Assembly (NCBI GenBank): GCA_964014485.1
Contig: CAXHAT010000222.1
Span: 1 to 11,742, forward strand
Length of the DNA: 11,742 bases
DNA from: an uncultured Deferribacteres bacterium
GTDB lineage: Bacteria; Zhuqueibacterota; Zhuqueibacteria; Zhuqueibacterales; Geothermadaptataceae
Reading direction: 5' to 3'
Shown: one piece after another, positions 6,255 to 11,742 of the stretch
Numbering within the stretch: the first letter of the stretch is position 1
Layout: each line of letters starts with the position of its first letter
The notes under the pieces: model-generated
Told to the model about the DNA's origin: nothing
The model's input: only the letters and a program-made list of their open reading frames with translations
Databases searched by the model: none
Translations under genes and position numbers: made by a program

Positions 6255-6699
6255 AACACTAAAAATAATCGAGTCATTTGGCTTGCCGTTGGTTATGTTG
6301 GCGGGGATGGGGTGGTTGTCTCTCCGCGCCGGCAATTATTTTGTGAACAAGGTGTTGGAGCCAGTGCGAGTGCGATTGATTGGCGAAGGGGAGAAGCCGG
6401 GACTGCTCGACAAATATGGAAAACTGGCCGAAGCCGCTACGGAAAGTGTGGAGGGGATGGTGGAGCGGGTTGAACGCCTGAACCATTCTTTCAACCAACT
6501 CGGCAATGAACAGAAGGAAGTCCTTCAAGAAATTTTAGATGTGCACAAGGATGAAAACAGCATTTTTGCGACGAAGAAAACCAATGGAGCGATATTGATT
6601 TTGGCGCGGCAAATTGCAGTACTGGCCGCGGCTATGGACGGCGAAAAAGCGAACGAAATACAGCGGGACGCGGAAAGAATCAAGGAGTTGCTGAGTTGA
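6247..6699 (+). CDS. N-terminal TM plus coiled-coil protein (holin/BhlA-like architecture)
   Basis: ATG 6247 overlaps the upstream stop; IIESFGLPLVMLAGMGWL TM segment followed by helical heptads. Confidence 0.7.
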   Translation: MSETLKIIESFGLPLVMLAGMGWLSLRAGNYFVNKVLEPVRVRLIGEGEKPGLLDKYGKLAEAATESVEGMVERVERLNHSFNQLGNEQKEVLQEILDVHKDENSIFATKKTNGAILILARQIAVLAAAMDGEKANEIQRDAERIKELLS

Positions 6700-6902
6700 A
6701 TCCGCAGCATTACACAACTATTTTTATCATTGGCGTGTTTTTGTTGGTGGTTGCCTATGATTTGTGGGTTATAATCCACCACGGTACGGAGGCCAGCATT
6801 TCGCATGTGGTGCGGTCGTGGAACGCAAAGAATCGGTTTGTGGGCTATACGCTGGCCTTCGCTCTGGGGGCGTTGTTCTGGCACTTTTTTGGATTGGACT
6901 GA
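6696..6902 (+). CDS. Small two-TM membrane protein (holin-like size and topology)
   Basis: TTG start overlapping TGA; two hydrophobic segments; YD...ASIS...LFWHFF motifs. The coding frame is supported by the synonymous-only divergence of its duplicated 3' end. Confidence 0.8.
   Translation: MNPQHYTTIFIIGVFLLVVAYDLWVIIHHGTEASISHVVRSWNAKNRFVGYTLAFALGALFWHFFGLD
6858..6902 (+). repeat. 45-bp direct repeat, copy 1 (3' end of ORF 6696-6902)
   Basis: TTCGCTCTGGGGGCGTTGTTCTGGCACTTTTTTGGATTGGACTGA, 39/45 identical to 7147-7191. Confidence 0.9.
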
Positions 6903-7144
6903 TGAGAGTCAGAGAACTGATTGAACAATTGGAACGGTATTGCGACAAAGAGTCCTTGGTCGTCTTGTCGCGTGATGCAGAGGGCAATGGGTTCAAGCCA
7001 TTGTCGGGCTTGGGCCTAAACAACCGTTATAAAAACGGCGACGTGGGATTGGACCACCTTACGCACGAGTTGGAGGCAAGGGGATATTGCGAAGAAGATG
7101 TGGTGGATGGCGGCGAGAGGTGTGTTGTTTTGTGGCCAGAGTAG
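6902..7144 (+). CDS. 80-aa acidic phage hypothetical protein (RDAEGNGF motif)
   Basis: TGATG coupling at 6900-6904; MRVRELIEQL N-terminus typical of small phage proteins; lies exactly between the two 45-bp repeats. Confidence 0.8.
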   Translation: MRVRELIEQLERYCDKESLVVLSRDAEGNGFKPLSGLGLNNRYKNGDVGLDHLTHELEARGYCEEDVVDGGERCVVLWPE

Positions 7145-7146
7145 AT

Positions 7147-7191
7147 TTTGCCTTGGGCGCGTTGTTTTGGCACTTTTTTGGATTGGATTGA
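7147..7191 (+). repeat. 45-bp direct repeat, copy 2 (orphan gene-end remnant)
   Basis: TTTGCCTTGGGCGCGTTGTTTTGGCACTTTTTTGGATTGGATTGA reads FALGALFWHFFGLD*, identical to the peptide of copy 1. Confidence 0.9.
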
Positions 7192-7204
7192 ATGGGACAA
7201 ACGT

Positions 7205-7735
7205 ATGAATTTAAGTCTTGACCCTGCCGTCCGGCAGCAACAATTAACGACGATCAAAAACTACGTCGAAGCTAATCACTCGGTGAATGGCTCCGGCGTT
7301 TACGACCAATCGACGGCCGACGCCATGAACGCGAAGGCGTCACCTGGCGTGTTTGTCTTCGTCACCTCGGTGAGCGTGGATGAAGTGCGGAATTCGCTTG
7401 ACTGGAGCGAAGTCTTAGACACCGTGTCAGGCTTGACGGGGTTGCAGCAATTTGGATTTAACACGTTGTTCTCCAACGGCGATTATGACCCTTCGCTTGT
7501 CGCGAGCCGTGACGCGCTTGTTAGAATTTTCCCATCGCACATGAGCAGCACGCGCGCGGCTGTGCTGGCGGACGCTACCCGGTTGGCAACGATTGCGGAA
7601 AATCTTTTGGCGGCTGACGGCACCGGACCCGGTGGTGGAAACGGCAGCGCAGCCGCACAATCGAAAGTAATGGGCGAGGGTGCAGAAGGCAACATCACCG
7701 TGGCGATTTTACAAGAGGCGGAGGCGTCCGGCTAA
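7205..7735 (+). CDS. Hypothetical phage protein, probably virion-associated
   Basis: ATG 7205 is preferred because the TTG 7148 extension is just the repeat remnant; TAATG coupling to the next gene. Confidence 0.75.
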   Translation: MNLSLDPAVRQQQLTTIKNYVEANHSVNGSGVYDQSTADAMNAKASPGVFVFVTSVSVDEVRNSLDWSEVLDTVSGLTGLQQFGFNTLFSNGDYDPSLVASRDALVRIFPSHMSSTRAAVLADATRLATIAENLLAADGTGPGGGNGSAAAQSKVMGEGAEGNITVAILQEAEASG

Positions 7736-8352
7736 TGGCAGATTTCACACAGTCCAAAAGTGCGATCATATCTCATCAGGCAGTGACTAATCCCGAGTCG
7801 GTCAAGGGTTCGGCAGTTGATATCCGGGAGGCGCTCGACGCCCTGATTGTGATTCGCCATGCATACATTGAGGCCGTTGATCCGGGAGGGATCGAACCGG
7901 AATTTCATGTCATGGCGTCACTCGATCAAACAGCGTCTCCGCCGGCGGACAGTTGGTTCAAAGTCGTTTCGTTCAAGGCGACCGATCCCGGTGCTGCGCC
8001 GGCAACCGAGGCCATGACCGCCACTGAACCAGCAGCGGAAACGTCGTTGGCGTGCGCGTCAACGACGGGCTTCGCAGCAGGCGACGAGATTTATGTGCGA
8101 GATACTTCGACCGAAGCCAATAGCGAATGGCACGTTATCGACAAGATTGTTACGAACACTTCGATTGATATTTTCGAAGGGTTGGTAAATCAGAAAGACA
8201 ACGCTGATATTATTTGGGGCAGCGCGCAGGCGTTTAGAATTCCTATTCCTGGGAACGTGGGCCACATTAATGTGTATTACTCCAATGAAGGCTCGTCCGC
8301 GCCCAATACGGCCGTAATCGCTGAAGCCCTGGTTAACACCGATCTCGAATGA
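7735..8352 (+). CDS. Putative virion beta-rich structural protein
   Basis: MADF start; acidic, Ala/Thr/Ser-rich; ASTTGFAAGDEIYV pattern seen in phage tail/virion proteins. Confidence 0.65.
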   Translation: MADFTQSKSAIISHQAVTNPESVKGSAVDIREALDALIVIRHAYIEAVDPGGIEPEFHVMASLDQTASPPADSWFKVVSFKATDPGAAPATEAMTATEPAAETSLACASTTGFAAGDEIYVRDTSTEANSEWHVIDKIVTNTSIDIFEGLVNQKDNADIIWGSAQAFRIPIPGNVGHINVYYSNEGSSAPNTAVIAEALVNTDLE

Positions 8353-9239
8353 TAATCAGACAAGAGCGACAACACGATAACATCAATTGGATGTGTCCAG
8401 TAAATTGGATGCATCCCCTAAACCATAAACTGTCATCATTTTGGATGCCGATTCCAAATCAGCCGGGGTGGAAGTCAAATCGAGTTATTGATATTTCTAA
8501 CCCCGTTAATGGATACCACGGGGATATGTCCAGTATGATTGCTGAGGAGGCTTGTGTTCCGAGTGGTAGATCCGATGGGTTTGGCGCGTGGGAGTTTGAC
8601 GGTTCAAATGACAAAATCGAATTAACCCCTCAAGCGGATACTGACCCTCTTGAGCGAGCTTCTAATGATGGCAGTTTCTCAGTTGAAGCGTTTGTTTTTC
8701 CTACAAACAACACGCACGACAATGACATTTTAGTGAAGGGGCAACATGCAGGGGGAAATCCGTTTATACTTTGGCTAGACAATGGTTCCCCAGATGTTTG
8801 GTCAGTATTAATAACTGACAGCGCTCTGCATACCACGGGCGCTCTGCAATCTGCAACGACCGCATTGGCAAATGTGTGGACCCATCTTGTTGTATCGTTG
8901 CAGTCAGATTTAGAAATAAGAATGTGGATAAACGGAGAAGAAGACAGCAATAGTCCTTTTTCCGCTGCAACCATTACAGGCTTAAATAGAACTTCCGACA
9001 CTCTTTTAATTGGTTGGGATTCTGCCAGTACAAGCAACAAGCAATTTACTGGATTGGTCAGACACGTCAAATTTTTCAATGACTTTCTCGCAGACTCAGA
9101 AGCAAAATCACTGTACCATGAAACAATCAACGGCTATCCGACTGTGCTGAACCGCGTGCAATCGCCGTTGGTGAAAATTTCGGCGGCAACGACTAGCTTC
9201 CCCTTCCAGTATTACTACGCGCAGCAGGGGGCTTTGTAG
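8349..9239 (+). CDS. LamG/concanavalin A-like lectin domain protein (putative receptor-binding/virion protein)
   Basis: AWEFDGSND, FSVEAFV, NVWTHLVV...MWING, LLIG, FTGLVRHVKFFNDFLADSEAKSLY match the Laminin_G_3 pattern. Confidence 0.85.
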   Translation: MIIRQERQHDNINWMCPVNWMHPLNHKLSSFWMPIPNQPGWKSNRVIDISNPVNGYHGDMSSMIAEEACVPSGRSDGFGAWEFDGSNDKIELTPQADTDPLERASNDGSFSVEAFVFPTNNTHDNDILVKGQHAGGNPFILWLDNGSPDVWSVLITDSALHTTGALQSATTALANVWTHLVVSLQSDLEIRMWINGEEDSNSPFSAATITGLNRTSDTLLIGWDSASTSNKQFTGLVRHVKFFNDFLADSEAKSLYHETINGYPTVLNRVQSPLVKISAATTSFPFQYYYAQQGAL

Positions 9240-10559
9240 ATGTTCAAGAATACGGGCTCGCAAAAACTGACCGTGCTGGCATTCGCCGACGCCGGCCATG
9301 CCTCGCTGGACGCTGGCGACCGGGTAACCGGCGACGCGGCTAATATCACTTGCAAGATCGAGCAAGACGATGACGGTACGCAATCGGCTTCTAACGACAC
9401 TAACCCTAGCGAAGTCGAAGACGGCCAGTATCGATTCGACCTCACGCAAGCCGAAACTAACGGCGATAAATTAACGTTCTATCCCGAATCTTCCACGGCG
9501 GGCGTGCAGGTGGTGGCGTTGCCGTCCAACGTGATTTACACGCGACCTCCTAATTTTCCAGCGATGGGTATCGAGACAGATGGGCACGTGCATGGCGATG
9601 TGAAGGAGATTGAAGGGGTAGACGCCACTGACCAAATTAATGCGGCCTGCGATACGGCGCTCAGCGATTACGACGGACCCACCAATGCCGAGATGGAGGC
9701 TCGAACACTGGTGGCGGCGAATTATGGGACAGCTTCAAACCAGGTAACAATTGAGAGCAAGATCGACACGGTGGACGGCATTGTAGACAATATTCTTACG
9801 GACACAGCGACCACCATACCGGGTTTGATTTCCGGCCTCAACGACCTGTCTACTGGAGATATTGACACCCGTCTTGCGGCCATCGGCCTCGATCACCTGG
9901 TGTCCGCGGCGGTCGTCGGCGCGGACGTAACAGACAACTCGATTGTCGCCAAGCTGGTGAGTGCTTCGGCCACCGCCGACTGGGACGATTTCGTCAACAC
10001 TACTGACTCGCTCCAGGCGGTGCGCGACCGCGGCGACTCGGCCTGGATCACCGCTACCGGATTCTCGACGCACACCGCGGCCAACGTCCGCACCGAGATG
10101 GACGCCAACAGCACGCAGCTTGCCGCGATTGTGGCCGACACCAACGAGTTGCAAGGTGACTGGACTAACGGTGGGCGGCTTGACCTGATTATTGACGCTA
10201 TCCTCGTTGATACCGGAACGACCCTCGACTCCAAGATTGATACCATTGACACCAACGTCGACTCGATCCTGGCCGACACGGGTACAGACGGCGTGGTGGT
10301 GGCCGCTGGGAGCAAAACAGGCTACTCGCTCGCATCGACGGGTCTTGATCTAGTCGTACCCGCCGATCCGAGCGCGATCCCCGTACTGGGAACGGCTAGC
10401 GTTGTCACGTGGATTGGCTACTTCGGAGCATGGACAGTCAACGAGGTCAATTCGGACAGCGACAGTGTGGACCTGCGCAACTCCGGCGACACTGCCAATC
10501 TGACCACGCATGCCACCAGTGACGACGGGACGACCTTTGTTAGCGGAGCCGCGACGTAA
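9240..10559 (+). CDS. Acidic Asp/Thr/Ala-rich putative tail/virion protein with internal repeats
   Basis: 439 aa; N-terminal GQYRFDLTQAETN domain; repeated KIDTxDxxVDxILxDT and I(L/V)xDT motifs. Confidence 0.75.
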   Translation: MFKNTGSQKLTVLAFADAGHASLDAGDRVTGDAANITCKIEQDDDGTQSASNDTNPSEVEDGQYRFDLTQAETNGDKLTFYPESSTAGVQVVALPSNVIYTRPPNFPAMGIETDGHVHGDVKEIEGVDATDQINAACDTALSDYDGPTNAEMEARTLVAANYGTASNQVTIESKIDTVDGIVDNILTDTATTIPGLISGLNDLSTGDIDTRLAAIGLDHLVSAAVVGADVTDNSIVAKLVSASATADWDDFVNTTDSLQAVRDRGDSAWITATGFSTHTAANVRTEMDANSTQLAAIVADTNELQGDWTNGGRLDLIIDAILVDTGTTLDSKIDTIDTNVDSILADTGTDGVVVAAGSKTGYSLASTGLDLVVPADPSAIPVLGTASVVTWIGYFGAWTVNEVNSDSDSVDLRNSGDTANLTTHATSDDGTTFVSGAAT

Positions 10560-10861
10560 TGGCAATAGACACCCAAGCACGCCGGAGATCCGCCATCGCA
10601 ACGCGGCGTCTACCGTGGATGCGGCGTTTTTCTGCTGGAATTACGCCGGATTCATCTGTGGATGAAGTAGATAGAACACAGCTAGCATTTGTGTATAATG
10701 GCATTGATGTAGGGCAGGTTATTTCAGCGCTGCATCGTGTTGTTGCTGTACAGGCGTATGCCGCGCATGCTGCAACATCGCAGGCACACATGCCCCGCGG
10801 TGTGGCCGGCGACTTCCATGCGGGACATGCAGTGACCGGTCAGGGGGGGCCAAAAACGTGA
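10559..10861 (+). CDS. Hypothetical phage protein (MAIDT..RRSA type)
   Basis: TAATG coupling; ends the structural-like block before an 87-nt intergenic gap. Confidence 0.7.
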   Translation: MAIDTQARRRSAIATRRLPWMRRFSAGITPDSSVDEVDRTQLAFVYNGIDVGQVISALHRVVAVQAYAAHAATSQAHMPRGVAGDFHAGHAVTGQGGPKT

Positions 10862-10948
10862 TTTTTCATAGGGGATTGCTTTCACCCAGGCCCGCCTTTT
10901 TTTCGGTCGCAGAGTCGGCTTTACTGAGGGCCGCAGGGAAATACCTAT

Positions 10949-11230
10949 ATGGGTAAAAAGAAAAAAGCCGATTCTACACCGCCGCCATGGCGAGACAGGG
11001 TGAAAGAGTTTCGCCGCGTTCGGGCGAGTGAGTTGAAGGCGCATGCGCAGAACTGGCGTACTCACCCGGAGGGCCAGCGCAAGGCGATGTCGGCGGTATT
11101 GCGGGAGGTTGGTTTTGCGGGCGCGGTGATTGCGCGCGAGACGGAGAATGGCGGTCTGGAAGTCATCGACGGCCACTTGAGGACGGAGATGGACCCGAGC
11201 GCGGAAACACTCCACCAGATTATGGTCTAG
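10949..11230 (+). pseudogene. ParB/Srx-like N-terminal fragment of a phage ParB-DNA methyltransferase fusion
   Basis: L..H..NWRTHP..Q, EVGFAGAVIARE, VIDGHLR (ParB-like DGHxR motif); runs out of frame about 8 codons after this motif. Confidence 0.75.
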
Positions 11231-11526
11231 GCAACAACGAAAGAACGCAGACAACCGTATGGGAGGTGGACGGTGTTCCTAACGCAGAAAGAAAGGAATG
11301 GAATCACTCAACGCCTAAACCCGTCAAGCTATTTGAAATACCTATTGTCAAACATCTAAAAAAAGGAGAAATTGCGTATGAACCGTTTGCGGGTTCAGGC
11401 CCGCAATTTATCGCCGCCGAGCAACTGGGGCGCAAGTGTTACGGCATGGATATCAGCCCGCAATATTGTGACGTCATCGTACAGCGGTGGGAGAACTTGA
11501 CGGGAAAGAAAGCGACGAGAGGTTAA
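11200..11526 (+). pseudogene. C-terminal fragment of beta-class N6A/N4C DNA methyltransferase
   Basis: RGNTPPDYG..TQTTVWEV, HSTPKPV, EPFAGSG (motif I), AAEQLGRKCYGMDISPQYCDVIVQRW; the catalytic DPPY motif and the N-terminal half are absent. Confidence 0.8.
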
Positions 11527-11527
11527 A

Positions 11528-11742
11528 ATGCCTGGACAAACCGGAAAGAAATTTACCAAGCGAGAGGTGGAGGCTCGGCGAGCACGGGTCATGAAAGCCG
11601 TGCTCCGCGGCGTGAGTCGCGCAGAGTTGGCGCAGCAGGAAAATGTGTCGACGATGCAGATTTGTTACGACATTAAGGCGGTGCGAAAAGAGTGGCGCGA
11701 GTCTCGCATAGACGACTGCGACACGCTGATTACGCAGCAACT
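11528..11742 (+). CDS. HTH DNA-binding protein, probable terminase small subunit (3'-truncated)
   Basis: MPGQTGKKFTKREVEARRARVMKAVLRGVSRAELAQQENVSTMQICYDIKAVRKEW...; HTH pattern; position after ParB-MTase is typical of packaging modules; open to the window end. Confidence 0.7.
   Translation, partial: MPGQTGKKFTKREVEARRARVMKAVLRGVSRAELAQQENVSTMQICYDIKAVRKEWRESRIDDCDTLITQQ

Larger units (their letters stand above)
19..11742 (+). mobile_element. Phage/prophage genome segment
   Basis: Dense co-oriented, overlapping small ORFs; ParB/MTase followed by an HTH terminase-small-like gene; LamG and acidic Asp/Thr-rich virion-like proteins; DnaJ-type Zn-ribbon and Ala-repeat hypotheticals; no housekeeping genes. 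No capsid or terminase large subunit lies inside the window. Confidence 0.85.

Noticed and set aside
5895..6699. Frameshifted single sensor histidine kinase
   Set aside because: The 6247 ORF has its own TM segment and start overlap, and lacks recognisable H-box, GAF or HATPase motifs.
6858..7191. DGR template/variable repeat pair or IS target-site duplication
   Set aside because: Differences are C/T and G/C synonymous changes, not adenine-specific; no reverse transcriptase, transposase or terminal inverted repeats.
10862..10948. Intrinsic terminator at T7 (10897-10903)
   Set aside because: No convincing stem immediately upstream of the T-run; only weak GGG/CCC pairing.
11196..11215. Programmed -1 frameshift joining ParB and MTase parts
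   Set aside because: No canonical X XXY YYZ heptamer in the ParB frame, and the fused product would still lack the catalytic DPPY region. TPPDY is not motif IV.
225..11740. Minus-strand ORFs and alternate-frame plus-strand ORFs in the track (e.g. 2428-2964, 4314-4850, 8630-9130, 10724-11254, 1161-1574)
   Set aside because: They shadow well-supported, translationally coupled + strand genes and show no recognisable motifs.

Overview
An 11.7-kb fragment of a bacteriophage or prophage genome, probably from a metagenomic assembly because it starts with a Nextera/Tn5 adapter remnant. All credible genes are on the + strand and most are translationally coupled (ATGA/TGATG/TAATG overlaps). From left to right: small phage hypotheticals; a matrixin-like (M10) zinc metallopeptidase with a peptidoglycan-binding-like N-terminus and a cysteine switch; two coupled exported CxxCH (c-type heme) proteins; a chain of tiny membrane proteins and an Arg/Gln-Pro-Val-rich exported protein, followed by a terminator; a ribbon-helix-helix regulator; a membrane-protein cluster containing a stand-alone ETR1-like (ethylene-receptor, Cu-binding) sensor domain; a gene flanked by a synonymously recoded 45-bp duplication; a block of probable virion proteins including a low-GC LamG domain; an internally deleted ParB/DNA-methyltransferase gene; and the start of an HTH (terminase small subunit-like) gene. 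A Planctomycetota-like host is inferred from the character of the proteins and is not proven. All family assignments come from motif recognition by eye; no database searches were run.
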